A DNA stretch of 64,000 bases. It comes from Bacteroidaceae bacterium (GTDB taxonomy: Bacteria; Bacteroidota; Bacteroidia; Bacteroidales; Bacteroidaceae). Below the pieces are notes generated by a model. That model was not told where the DNA came from and made no database searches. It saw nothing but the letters and a program-made list of their open reading frames with translations. Within the stretch, counting starts at the first letter, position 1. The number at the start of each line of letters is the position of its first letter. The DNA lies in the NCBI GenBank assembly GCA_017470425.1, contig JAFUYT010000026.1, positions 54,291-118,290 of the forward strand, given 5' to 3'. Below are positions 47,867 through 62,800 of the stretch, in pieces. The position numbers and the translations under genes were made by a program.

Positions 47867-50800
47867 ATGTCATGGGCTGTGGTATCGCTTCACACGTTAT
47901 GTGCGGTGATGATGATGTTGTGCTTTGGCACCACGAGGGCGTGGGGGCAGGTGGCAGACGGTGTGTATTACATCCAATATTCAGGTAATAGTTACTATCT
48001 GTGGCCTACTGCTCCGACGAGCAGCGGCTGGCCATGCCTGACCTCATTCTCGGGAACAGATGTCCCTGAGACAGGGTTGGACTATAACTTCGGTGCTTTC
48101 GACTCATCGTATTGTACATGGATTGTCGTCACTGACGGGGATTATCAGAACATCATCAATGCCCGCTACGGGAAGTATGTCATTTGGTTGAGTAATGGAA
48201 ATGCAGGCCGTAATGTCGTGCTGGAGGATAATGGGCAAGACCCTTCTACCGGGCAGACCAGGGCTGATGCGACCCGTGCCCAGTTCAATATCACAGGAAC
48301 AGGCAACAAGGTATTGGTTAAGCCCTATACAGGTTCTAATTCATTCAATATTAAAGGGAGCCATTATGATTATATCACGGCATTCCAGAATGTCGTAGGA
48401 TCAAATCAGTCCCTCCTTCAGTTCTCTACTTCAAACAATGAATGGACATTTACAGAGCATAAGTTAGCCGCCCCCACCATCAGCTGCCCCGAGGGTACTG
48501 CCACGGTGACAGACAATGTGGGGCTGCCAGCGGGCTACAATGTGCGCTATACGGTTGACGGTACGACCCCGACGGCATCCAGTCCGATCCTTCCCGTTGG
48601 TGGGTATGAGGTCAGTGATGTATGTACGATGAAGGCTGTGATTGAGCGCTATGGTGTGGTGCTGACAGCTGTCGCTTCACAAGAGGTGGAGCCCAGTGTG
48701 CGGAAACCGGGATTCACGCTAAGCGCCGACGGCTCCGTCACCATCACGGCTGAAACGGGCCAGACCATCTATTATACGTTAGACGGTACTGATCCAACGA
48801 CCTCGACCCCGACTTCTGCTACAATGTCAAAGACCATTCCAGAGGCAGACGTGCAGTCGGCAACAGCCATCAAGGCCATTGCCTACGACTCAGGTGAAGA
48901 CCTCTCTTCCGGTGTCGCCACTCAATCCTTGGCCAGCTACAACTATCAGATTGTCAACCGCTCGAGCGCAGTGGGCGTGAGCCTCTCGGTGAAGCGGGCC
49001 GTGGGCGCTCCGCTGAGCAGCTATACCAGCATCCCTGCTGCCATCCGCAGCGAGTATATCAGCGACGAGACGGTGCGCTTCTACACGTTCGGCGGCGACT
49101 TCGCTGCTGCGAACCTCATCGAGGAGAACAGGATTACGCAGACGCCGGAGAGCGCCGCGAACATCTATGTCACCTACACGACCGAACACCTCAGCGAGAA
49201 GTTCCTGCCGCTGACCATTGCCAACTCGTACAACATCAAGGCAGGCGGTGAATACCTGTATTACACGGGCAGCGCCCTGGGAACCATCTCTGATGCCGCC
49301 ACATCGAAGACCGACAATGAATACATCTGGAATATTACAGGCGAGGATCCCTACAATATGGTGCTCCGCAATATCGGTGCAAGCCAGTACTTCCGCTATG
49401 ACGGGTCAACCCGCTCACTCAATGCCTCCTCGCAGCCATTTATCCTGAAGGGCACTGCCAACCACGCGACGATTACCACAGGCGTCGTTGCCGAGGATGT
49501 CACGCTGAGAACCATCGATGGTGCGGAGCTCACGTTGAAGGTGAACACTGTGGTGCTCCCGTTATCCTTCACGCTGATTGACAAGGCAGGAAAGGTCATC
49601 AAAGCTGGAATCACATATGAGGGAAGCTTTGCGCTGCCGACAGCCTGGCGCAGCCCTCTTGTCTCGCAATACAAGTATTATAAGAAGTATAGCACACTGA
49701 CAGCGGGTGTCTATGCCTTTGACGAGGAAGACCGGATTACAGAAGTAGGGCAGAGAGAATCTAACGTCATCTATGTCACCTACGACGTCAACGACCTGCT
49801 GGACCTCGACGGTCGCAACCTGCTTGGTGCCGTGGGCAAGGAGGGCGGCAAGACGTATATGCTGAAGTTCGCCAGTGGCACCGCTTTTAACCAAGAGAAC
49901 GGCAGCGACGGCGTGATGGACGCCGCACGCACGCCCGTCTATCCCTACAGCAACGGCGATGCCCACCTCTATGTCTATGGCGAGGAGCGGTGGCAGGAGC
50001 AGCTGGCCAGCGGCGCCAGCACCCGCGCGCGCTGGCTCTGGTATCTGGAGCCGGCCGGCGGACAGCTCGACCCGTACCACGTGAGGATCTCGTCGTACTC
50101 GACACAGACGAGCTATAAGGATACCGAAGCGGGAACCACCACCAACTTCCACTCCTATCTGCGCACCTACAAGCCCGAGGGCTACGCTTCCGTAGTGACG
50201 GGCGTCACCAACGACAACCCGTTGGCACATGGCGGGGTGGAAGGCGGTCCGGCCGACAAGAGCGATGCCACCGAGTATATGCTCATCGGCACATCGCTCG
50301 GCAGCCTGAAGCTGATCACCACCAGCGAGATCGACGGCGCGCCCGCGAACAGCGTGGCGGCGTATGGCATGCGACAGACCGTGAACAGCTTCGAGCAGTA
50401 CTGGAAGAACAACCCCACGGCCTACAATATCATCAAGGACGCCACCGGCGCTGGCGTGCTGGAAGGCACCAGCGTCAATGCCGATCTTCCCTCAGATCAG
50501 CAAGCGGCGCTGACAGCCAAGGGCTGGCACGTCTATAGCGCATGGGCCAATGCAGCCGACTGGTCTTCCAACTCCAAGCTGAGCAAGCACGTCGGCGATG
50601 GCAAGCACTGGTTCCAGACAGTGGCGATGGGCGACGGCTCGATGACCTTCGTGGATACCGAACTGGCCACGATGCTCATTCTGCTCGACCAGCACGGCTG
50701 GGAGATTGCCCGTGTTCACCTGCCCAGCGGCCCCACCGACCCGAACCGTGCCGCCCGCTATCGCGAGATCCACAAGTACAGCAGCCCGATGGTGGCGCGC

Positions 50801-53800
50801 TACCACTTCTGGAAGACCGGCTCCAAGGTGCCCGGCTATCATAAATACAAGGTGTCGGACTATGCCACCGTGAGCGACGTTGATCTGACGGAATACACAG
50901 CCGATGAGCTGGGTCGTGAGGACATTACGGTGAAGGCGCCGAACCTCCCGAACTACGAGACGCAGGCCAAGGTGGGCAACGCGGAGCGCGACTGGTATGT
51001 CACCTACGACGTGAAGCCCGAGTACGCCAACGCCTACGGCGCCTTGCCTACCTCGGCGGGCTCCGCTTCGCCCTTCCTGCTGAAGCAGGGCGGCAAGTAT
51101 GCCAAGATCAACGGCACATCGATTGACAAAGAATCATCGGCCGACCTGGAGAACACCGCCTACCACTGGTTCCTGAAGCCCAACTTCGAGATCGACGAGG
51201 AGATGGGCTACCTCTACGATGTCGAAGACGAGGGAGGTACCCCCATCAGCAAGGACGACACGAACCAGGGCTATTACGACGACGGCAAGGCCGGCTTCGA
51301 CCCCTACAACCTCCAGATCCAGAGCGTAGCGAACACTGCCCGCTACTTCACGGCCAACACCAGCGGCTCGACACCATCGAGCGGCGTATGGGCCGGCACC
51401 TCGTCGGCCATCACCCTTGAGAACCTGGGCACCCAGCAGGCTCACGTCATGGGTCATGACCAGGCTGACATGAACATCACCAACGCCACGTTCATGGTTG
51501 TCGATGACGGCAATGGCAATATGCGCTTGATGCCGCGCTTCGACCACGGCGTGGTCATGGACTTGTTCACTGGCCTCGCCGGTCAGGATGCCAAGGCTCC
51601 GGAGGGCGATGATGGCGCTGCCGACCAGTCGCTGGCGATCGAGTTGGTGCCCAAGGTCGTCCACAACTCCTCGGAGATGGGCGCGATGGGCGGCACCTAC
51701 GTGCTGGCCTCCGACTTCACCTCCACGGCTCCCATCGGCACTGCTACGAATCCCTTCGTGGGAAGCATCGACGGCCAGTTGAACCCCATCGCCCTGTCCA
51801 ATCCTCTGGTGGCCTACGCTGACGGCGCCGTTATCAAGAACGTCATCGTGGAGAGCGCCACCATCAGCGGCGGCAACGACGAGGACGACGTCGGTGCTAT
51901 CTGCTGTGCCGCCACGGGCGACACCCGCATCTACAATTGCGGCATCCTGAGCGGCAGCGTCAGCGGAACGCGCTATACCGGCGGCATCGTGGGTCGGCTC
52001 GCCGACTATTCGCGTGTCATCAACTGCTACAGCTACGCCAACATCACGGGCGGCTCGGAAGTAGGTGGAATAGTGGGCTATAATGTATTTGCAAGCACGG
52101 CTGCTAACCTTCACACAATGGTGATGAACTGTATGTTCTATGGCAACATCTCCGGCGCTACCACCGTAGCTCCGGTCTATGGCGGACAGAACATCAACAA
52201 CCTGAAAAGCGGTGGTTTGAACACCTTCAACTACTATGCTTACGATATCCTGAAGGGCTCTACAATCAACAAATACAACTGCGCCCTGGGCGTGGAGGAG
52301 AAGTTCCTGACGCGCTTCGAGTTCTATCGTCAGCTGCTGAACAGCAACCACCCCTTGGCCGCCTATTATGCCACCGGCAGCAAGGACAACGCCGATGAGA
52401 TGGCCAAATGGGTATTGGAGACGGCAGACAGAAGCATCAGCAATCCCAAACCTTATCCCGTGCTCCGCGCCAAGGAGACGGGTCGGAAGGATCCCTCCAT
52501 CATCAACTATGACATCACGAATGCCCCAGACAGCGTGACCGTGGGACGCAACCACGGCGGCAAACTGGGCAAGACACTCTCTGTCACCATCAGCGGCGTG
52601 GGCACCGGTGCCCCGGACGGAGCCAGCATCACGGCAGTAAGCCCTCTCTCCCTGCAGCGCACCGACAAGGACTTCGACCGCTTCAACTTCAACTACGACA
52701 AGGTGCAGTTGCCCTACTACAACGACGTGGGTACAGGCAACTATACAAAGAACAAGGTGGTGACCGGCTGGAAGATTACCGGCTTCACGGGCGGCACGGC
52801 AGGCACTTACACAGTTGGCGATGTCTGGGGCGGCTACAACTTTGCCGACCGCAAGAGCACCAACAAGGATCTCTATGGCACGGGCGGCAGCAACCGTGTG
52901 TTCTCGCAGGGAGCCTACTTCGATGTGCCCTACGGCGTGACCGGCATCACGATTGAACCCTACTGGGGTACGGCTGCCTATGTGAGCGATGAGTATATGG
53001 ACGTCGTGCACGACACGGGTTATGGCGTAGAGAATGTCACTCAGTTGGGTCACCATTACGGTGTCAATAAGACGAAGGTCTCCATCAACGGCGATCTTCA
53101 GGAGGTACATACCTCCATCAGTAGTGCCGTGGGAACCTTGAGCGGCGCCACCGTCTATGACAATGCTGTTGTGCTGGTTGGCAATGTGCATCAGGGTGCT
53201 TCGCCGTCCACCGGTGCTACGCCCTTTACCCTGATGTCAGCCGACCTGGACTTCGATAACGAGCCTGACAATAGTCTCATACTGAGCCATAATGGCCGTG
53301 ACAACGGTACCGTGTCGCCCATCCGCTTCGACTTCCTGAATGTACCCGGTATCGCGATGGCTCAGAAACCCAATGGTGCCACGTCGTTCCGAAACGTAAG
53401 TATCTACAAGCCGAAGGGATGGTTCGAGGTTACGAACACCTGCAACATCTACTTCGTGCAGTTTGAGTGTGACAACGGCGGCAAGTCTGCCGCGCCCGTC
53501 ATTCTCCTGGGCGGACTGTATGACCAGTTCGTGTCCACGCAGAAGAGCAACCCTGGTACCAACACATCCTACATCCACATCGGCGGTAATGCCTGGTTCA
53601 AGGACTTCGGAAACGGCACCCACAGTGATGGTGCCAACTTCACTCCTCACATTCCTGTTTCCGTGACGGGCGGCGACTTCGAGGGCTTCTATCTATCAGG
53701 TACATACAAACCCGACGCTGCCGTCAAGGCCGACAATGCGGAGTGCTACATCAGCGGCGGCCGCTTCATCGAGGTGGCCGGTGCAGCTCAGCAGCAGGTC

Positions 53801-56800
53801 AACGGCAATGTGCAGTGGCAGATCTATAATGCCGACATCACCGACTTCTACGGTGGTGGTGTCAACGCCGACAAGCCCGTGACAGGCAATATCACCATCG
53901 ACATCACGGGCAGCCACGTGGGCACCTTCTGCGGTGGCCCGAAGTTCGGCAACATGGCCACGGGCAAGGAAGTCACCACCCGCGCCGTGGGATGCACCTT
54001 CGACTACTTCTTTGGTGCTGGCTACGGCGGTATCTCCTACAACCGTGTGAGAACGCAGGATGCTACCAGTCCTAATTTCAGCTCATGGCAAGGTAACTAC
54101 ACGGGCAATCGGGGTAAATACCTGTCGGGGAACAAGGGTGTGGCCACTGATTTCGACTATGAGTTCTTCGTGTGGTCAACGGGTGCTACGGGCGGCCGCT
54201 TCTACGTGAAGTACTCTTCGCTCTCTACAGCCCAGACCAAGAATGTCTCTTCCACGCTCACCGGTTGCCTGATCAATCGTCATTTCTATGGCGGCGGTAA
54301 GCTGGGTAATGTGGATGGTACAGCCACCTCAGTGCTCAACGGCTGCACCGTAGAGGGCAATGTCTTCGGCGGCGGCTATTCTGCCGAGCATCCTACGGTT
54401 CCCATCCGCTCGGGCGGCTTTGCGACGGTTCCTAAGATTGATACGAATGCCGGTGTGTTTGATATGGGTGAGATGACAGCCACGGAAGACTACACCCTCG
54501 TTGCGGGCACCCTGGTCAATAACCAGTCTGCCATCAACGCCACCGCCAAGACCATCATCACGGATGTCGATCTGAACTCGCTGGGCCAGGTGACCCATGC
54601 CGACCTCACCATCAGCGGCAATACCATTGTCCGCGGTAAGATCTTCGACGAGAATGGTGATATCATCGAAACGACTGGCGGAGTCTTCGGCGGAGGTGAT
54701 ATGTCGGCCGTCAATGGAAATACGAGGGTCGATGTCCAGAACACTGAAGACACGGAGGGCATTCTGAATGTCTTCGGCGGCGGTAATACGGCCGATGTTG
54801 TGGGTAACACCGAAGTGTTCCTGACGGCTGGTACTGTCCTTCAGGATGTCTATGGCGGCGGTAAGGGTCAGACGACCATCGTCGGCGGTGACGTCGTGGT
54901 GAACATCGGCACGAAGACTGGCGAATCAGCACCTTATACCTATACTGGCACGGCTACCGTAAACGGCAGCGTCTATGGTGGTAGTGCCTTTGGCGCGGTC
55001 AACACCACCGGCGGACAGACCGTAGTCAATCTCTATGGCTGCACGAGTGTCAGCAACGTCTATGGCGGCGGCTTGGGCCAGCTCGCAACGGGCACCCCAG
55101 GTGATCCCGGCTATGTAGCAGCCATCGCGGCGCAGAACTTCGGTAACACGTCGGTCAACATGGAGAGTGCTGCTGCGGAAAGTGCCACCGTGAAGTTCAG
55201 CAACGTGACAGGAGCCATCTATGGCGGCGCGAACGTCAACGGCGTACTGAAGCAGGATGCCACGGTGACGCTCCTCGGCGGCACCGTGGGCACGGTGCCG
55301 GGCGAGGGCGAACGTACGAAGGATGTCGTCTTCGGCGGCGGTAAGGGTGAACCTACGCTCGTCGAGGGCAACGTGACGGTGAATATCGGCACGAAGACAG
55401 GCGAAGTGTACGCTGGCAATGCCACTATCAACGGTAGCGTTTATGGCGGCTCGGCGCTGGGCAACACCAATGCTGAGAGCTCGTCGAGCTACCATACCGA
55501 CAAGACTACGACCGTCAACCTCTTCGGCGGCACCATCTACGGCGATGCCTACGGCGGCGGTCTCGGTCAGAAGAACAGCGTGAACGGCGCCATGAGCGAC
55601 ATCGTGTCCTACGTGGGCGGCGATGTCCTGGTGCTGCTCGACGGCGCCAAGATTACGGGCAACGTCTTCGGCTGCAACAACCTCAACGGTACGCCGAAGG
55701 GCCATGTGAAGGTCTGGGTGATGCGGACGAACAACATCACCAGCAACGAATACAAAGGCAACAGCGCGACAGCGCTGTCCGGCCGCACCACCTACGATGT
55801 CGCTGCCGTCTATGGCGGCGGCAACCAGGCGGACTATGACCCGACGGATGCTCACATTGTCTTAGACAAGGAAGATCCGAAATATGAGGAGAAGCTCGCC
55901 AATTTCAATGGAGCCTTCGCCGAGGTGCTCATCGAAGGCTGCGCCGAGACCAGCATTCAGTATGTTTATGGCGGCGGTAATGCCGCTGCCGTGCCGGCCA
56001 CGGAGATTACTATCAACAGCTGCTATATCATTGACCAGGTGTTTGGTGGCGGTAACGGTGCGGGCACGGGTAACCCGGGTGCCAATGTGGGCATCTATGA
56101 CAATAATGGTACGCCTACGGACTATGGCACAGGTATTGCTAAGACCAAACTCATTGGTGGCCAGATTCACTACGTCTATGGAGGTAGTAACACGCTGGGT
56201 AATGTGCGCGGCGGCACATCATTGGAGCGCAAGGAGTCCAACACGTGCGAACTGAAGATAGGAGAGATCTATGGTGCGGGACAGGTGGCGCCGATGGACG
56301 GCGATGTGAACATCGAGTTGGATTGTATGCCCGAGGAATTTGTCGAAGCTGTATATGGCGGTGCCAAGAACGCCACCATCAACGGCAACGTCAGTCTGAC
56401 GGTGAGAAGCGGTAAGTTCGGCCGCGTGTTCGGCGGCAACAACCTGGGCGGCAGCATCAACGGTTCCATTACGGTGAACGCCTACGAAGGAGGCTGCGAC
56501 CCCCTCATCATCGGTGAGCTCTATGGCGGCGGCTATAATGCTCCGTACTCTATTTATGGTTGTAATGACGATGACGAGGATGGCATCTGGACACCCAATG
56601 CCGAGGCCGGAGAGCCCCATGTCGTTCAGGATGCCGAGCATCCCGCAGTAGGAGTCTATGTATGGTCATGTACCTCTATCGGCAAGGTGTTCGGTGGCGG
56701 CTACGGTGCCACGGCTGATGTGGTCGGCAACACCCGTGTCTGGATTAACCTGCAGAAGGGTCGTGTGAACGAGGTTGAACAAGACCATATCGGCAAGATT

Positions 56801-59800
56801 GGACAGGTGTTCGGTGGCGGCAATATGGGTAAGGTGAAGGGCAATGTCTCCATCGAGATTGGCACGGAGACGTCATCAGAGGATATCGGTGTTAACATCA
56901 TCGACGGGGATGACTACCTCAAGCCGGATGGCTCTTCCATCTCGATTGAAGCTGGCATCTATGGCGGCGGCAATGAAGCCGACGTGGATGGCGATGTGGC
57001 GCTCCATATCGGAACAGAGAACCAAAAGATTGATGGCGACCCCTCTGTCACCATCGAAGGCGACATCTTCGGCGGCGGCTATGGTGAGGCGACCACCGTC
57101 ACGGGCAATGTCGAGGTGAATATCGGTAAGGACAATGCAGGAACGCCCGTGGGATACGCCAACATCACCGGCGATGTCTATGGTGGCAGCGCCAAGGGTA
57201 AGGTGAATGCCACGAAGGGCGTGAGCCCAGCCTTCTCCGCAACAGCAGGGAAGGAAACACATGTCAACTTCTATGGCGGCTCCATCACGGGTAACATCTA
57301 TGGTGGCGGTCTGGGCGACAATGTTGGCTCTCATGCCGCCGATGTCTATGGCCCCGTCACGGTGACCGTCGAGGGCGGCAGCGTCACGAATGTCTTTGGC
57401 TGTAACAATGTGCTGGGCTCTCCGAAGAGCACGGCCGCGGTGACCTTCAACGGGGGAACCGTTGCAGAGAATATCTATGGCGGCGGCAAGGATGCTGCCT
57501 ATGATACCGGCGACAGCAGCACCGGCAGCGTCAGCGTGACCCTCAACGGGGGAACCGTTGCGCACGCTGTGTTTGGCGGCGGCCTGGGTGAGACGGCTGT
57601 TGTGAATGGCGCTACGACGGTGACGCTCAACGGGGGCACCGTTGAGAACACTGTCTATGGCGGCGGCAGCCTGGGTGATGTGACCGGGGCTGTCACGGTG
57701 GCTCTCAACGGGGGCACCGTTTCGCACGATGTCTATGGCGGCGGTGCGCTGGCCAGTACCAATACAGAATATACAGCAGGCAGCGCGCCCGCAAATACCT
57801 ATGTAACGAATGTGACGCTGGCAGGCGCCACCGTCACGGGTGACGTCTATGGTGGCGGCTTAGGGCAGTTAGCGGCAGCAGCCGTTCTTTATACCGCAGA
57901 AGACGCGGAAGTCATTGCAGGCACGAAGTCCGTCGGGGACGTGAAGACACCGGCCACGACAGCGGTAGCCGCCAACGTCGGCGGTCCCGTCACGGTGACC
58001 GTCACTAACGGTTCGGCCACGAATGTCTATGGCTGTAACAATGTCAACGGTGCGCCGCAGCAGACGGTGGCTGTCGTCATCGGTACGAAGACGGGCGCAT
58101 CGGCTCCCTACACCTACGGCGGCACGGGCATCATCTCCGGCAGTGTCTATGGCGGCGGCAATGTGGCCGCCTACACGGGCAATCCTACGGTGACGCTCTA
58201 CGGCGGCACCGTCAACACCAATGTCTTTGGTGGTGGTCTCGGTGCTACGGCCATCGTGACGGGCAACACCGCTGTCACCATGGAGGGCGGCACCGTCCGC
58301 AACGACGTCTATGGCGGCGGCAGTCAGGCCGATGTCACGGGCAGCGTGGCTGTCACCATTGCTGGCGGAACTGTCACCAATGATGTCTATGGCGGCGGTG
58401 CGCTGGCCAATACGAACACGGCGAACTGGGATGAGGCAAATCTTTCCACGACGTATGAAAAGATTACGGCCACGCTGACAACTGGTGTCAGTGATGTTGC
58501 TGGACTCTATAAAAAGGATGGCGTTAATTACATCATACAAGGAGCCAATGCAACAGCAGAAGGAGGTGCCGAGTATTACAGACGTTTCGATACGGCTTGG
58601 GCAGAAGGCAAGACTTCAGCCAGCAACACAACTACAGTTATACTCATCGGAGGAACCATCGGCAATGTCTTTGGTGGTGGTCTGGGTAACGATGAGACGC
58701 CTGTATATGTCTATGGCGATGTCACTGTCCATCTTAATAATGCTACCGAGAGAACCACTTATGGTGGCACAGGTGCATCTTTTACGCGAGAGATTGCACA
58801 GAATATTGTTGTTGCAGGTACGAATTACCCAACTATACCTACGACAGGCAAGATCTTTGGAGCTAATAACTTCAATGGTTCGCCTAAGGGCAATGTCACA
58901 GTAGAAATCTGGGCTACAAAACGAGTTGACGGAAAAGCTCATGTCCTCGGCGAATATGAAGTTCATGGCGTCTATGGTGGCGGTAATCTGGCAGACTATT
59001 TACCCGCTACAGCTAAAGAGACGAAGGTGATTATTCATGGTTGTGATGAGACTTCTATTGAGTACGTCTATGGCGGCGGTAATTCTGCTTCTGTACCCTC
59101 TACCGATGTTACAATCTATGGCTCCTTTGATATCGGTTATGCCTTTGGTGGTGGTAATGGTAGTAAGCCCGTTAAGAACAGCGCCGGCACTTGGGTTGCC
59201 AATGGCGGTGCTATGGTGACGGGTGACGCCAATATTTCTGCTCGTGGCGGCAGAATCGGTCAGGTCTTTGGTGGCAGTGATGCAAAGGGCGATATCCTTG
59301 GCAACTCGAATGCCGATATAACGACAACTACAGACCAGGAATGTTCATTGACGCTGACCCGATTCTTCGGAGCTGGTAATGAGGCAAACGTAGCAGGAGA
59401 TGTGAATCTGATTCTCTCCGGATGTGCCTCAGATAATATCCAGTTCGTACACGGAGGCTCTTATAATGCTCATATTACAGGTAATGTGAATCTGACTATT
59501 ACCAGCGGCTACTATACCAATGTCTTTGGTGGCAATGATGCGCGCGGCAGTATTGGCGGGAACATTACGGTCAATATAGAAGAGACGGATGCCTGTAAGC
59601 CTATTGTCATCCAGAATCTTATTGGTGGTGGTAATGAAGCCCCTTATCCTGGCAAGAAGAAAGACGGCACCGAATATTCCGAGCCTGGAAAAGTCACGGT
59701 AAACATCAAGTCGGCTACGCGTATAGACAAAGTCTATGGTGGTGGCTACAAAGCCGATGTTAAAGGTGATACCGAAGTCAATATCAATATGATGAAGGGT

Positions 59801-62800
59801 TCAATGGCAAATACCGAACTGACGCGTCCAGCCAGTTATACGGGAGAAACCATACCCAACGTACATATCACAGAAGGTAAAACATATATTAATGATGCCA
59901 TTGGAACCATTGGCGATGTCTTTGGCGGTGGCAACGAAGGTAATGTCATCGGCAGTACTACCGTAAACATAGGAACAGCTTCTACAATAAAGATTCTGAA
60001 GCGAGTAGGCGGTAACGCTGGCGGAGCCCTTATAGATGCAAGCGACAGACCTGTCTATGATGGAGAAGGCAAGATTATCAAGGATGGTGACGTACCCCGT
60101 ACTGTTGCAGAAGTCGATGCGGATGTTCTTGGCGCGCACATCACAGGCGATGTGTTTGGCGGTGGCAATCTGGCCTATGTTACGGGAAATACTACGGTGA
60201 ATATCAGTACGGTGGATTTGTCCGACAAAGAAGATGTCAAGATAGACTCTGGCAGCGTCTATGGCGGTGGCAGCCAGGCCGACGTACATGGCAATACCAC
60301 GGTGACAATGTCGGGCGGCTACGTCTTCAATGGTATCTTTGGCGGTGGTCTGGCTGGTTCGGTGGGAACGTTCACCAGAGATTATGGGCAAACGATCGAT
60401 GGGTTTGACCACTCTACACATACGTGTATCGGTAAGCCCACCGATTGTGCTGATGGTACGGGTAAATGTACGGTGGTGGTTAACGGCGGCCAGATAGGTC
60501 CCGTGACGGTGGCAACACAGGGTATGACCCGGGCGGCAGCCAGCGGCGGCCCTGTAGCTGAAGGCTGGGTATGGGGCGGCGGCTGTGGTATGATGGAAGA
60601 CCCGGCGGTTGATCCTGACACCCACTTCAAGACCTACGTCGGAAGTACCGATGTCACCATCGGTGGCTCGGCCTTCATCCTGGAGTCCATCATCGGCGGT
60701 GGCGAGTTCGGACGTGTGCTGGGCAATACCTTGGTGAAGATTGAAGGTGGTCAGATAGGCGTAGGAGAAAACTCTCTTGATGGAAGCGGTAATCCTAAGC
60801 CATATTCTGAAGATTTGTGGGAAGCGGCAGCTGCGGCTATCACATCGGGCAATGCTGATGACATTGCAACGGTGGCAGCACAGATGCCCGAATGTTCGCA
60901 TTTCGATTACGGAAGGGACACTAATAGCGACGGCGTAAAAGACGAATTCGTGGTTTACGACCCATACTATGAAGATCCCCAATATGCATCGACACATATC
61001 GGTCCGGCCAGCACTTCCAATCCTTCCGACGGACACACGTGGATAGGCTGCGTGTTCGGCGGCGGCTCCGGCTATATGCCCTACAAGAAGGCAGACGGTA
61101 CCGGCTATGACTGGCACCCCTCTGCAGGTCTGGTAGAAGGAAATACCGAGGTCCGCATCACCGGCGGCCATATCCTGACGAATGTGTATGGCGGCAACGA
61201 ATATACTGACGTGGTGGGTTCCTGTACGGTCACGATGTCTGGTGGCACCATTGGCGTGCCGCGCACACTGCCCCAGATTGCTAACCACCCGGTCACGTGC
61301 TACCTCTTCGGTGGTGGCAAGGGCGACCAGCGTACACATTTCAATAAGATGACGAACGTCGGCAGCACGAATGTCACGGTCAGCGGCGGTATCATCTATG
61401 GCTCAGTCTTCGGCGGTGCCGAGGATGGTCACGTCCTGGGCAACGCTGCTGTCACCATCAGCGGCGGCACCATCGGCACCTGGGGTACCTCCTATGTCGA
61501 TGGCAACGTCTTCGGCGGCGGCCGCGGCTTCTCAGGCGAATCCTTGACAGCCGGTAGCATCGGTGGCAACGTGGATGTCACGATCAGCGGTGGCACGATG
61601 CTCGGCAGCATCTATGGCGGCGGCCGTATGGCGGCCGTGGGCATTGACTTCACCCCAGTTTCTGATCCCTCCTACGGTCAGCTCGTAGATGAAGAAGATG
61701 GTGGCCCGACTCATGGCCATGTCACCGTCAACATCACGGGCGGCACCATCGGCCGGGACTTTGGCACGACTCCGCCAGAGGGTGCCGAACACAGCGGCAA
61801 CGTCTTCGGCGGCAGCATGGGACGTAACACGCTCCTCAACGGTTCAATCAATGAGCTGTGGCCGAAGATTGGTGTGGTGAAGGTGACCGACGTCAGCATC
61901 AGTGGCACTGCCGACATCAAGCGGAGTGTCTATGGCGGCAGTGAGTTTTCCGTCGTGCGCAACCGGGCCACTGTGAATATCTTGGGTGGCACCGTAGGTG
62001 GCAGCGTCTATGGCGGTGGCTACGGCAGCGACGACCACGCAACGAGGACGGTCATCACGGCGGGCGGCTACGCCAGCATCCCCACGATCTATTACACCTT
62101 CACGCCGATGGTGTGGAATGGCTGCGTGTCTGGCAACACCCATGTCAATATCTCCGGCGGCACGGTGAAGAAGAACGTCTATGGCGGCGGCTATCTGGCC
62201 TCCGTGGGCCTCATTAACTTTAACAGCGATGCCGCAGGCAACTTCAACTATGTGAAGAAGCATGAGGACTTGTCGAACAGCTTTGCCCTGAGCTGGCCTT
62301 ACGAACACCAGTACATCGCGGCAGCACCCAACGATGCTGCTTCGGTAGATGGCGGTGCCGGAGTAGAGGGCGCGGGAATCGGCGGCAAGGCCACCGTTAC
62401 TATCACCGGCGGCCACATTGGCGACACGACTGATAACACAACCGGCTATGTCTTCGGCGGCAGCAAGGGTAAGACCATGGAGCGCTATGCCGAGGCTGCC
62501 TGCGCCAACGTGCGTGAGACGGAGGTCAATATCCGCTATTCTTCCACTGCCTCCGATTTGTCTTCTGCTGACTGCATCCAGGGTGCCGTCTATGGTGGTG
62601 GCGAGGACGGTCACGTCTATGAGAATGCCGTTGTCAACATCACTGGCGGTCTCATCGGCATGAGCGTCTATGGCGGCGGAAAGGGTATCACCCCCTATGC
62701 AGGCAAGAAACGGAACACCACCGCTCCCTATGCTGAAGTCGATGCCGAGATCAACAGTTGGACAGCCGGCAAGGTCTATGGCAACGCCACGGTGACGATG

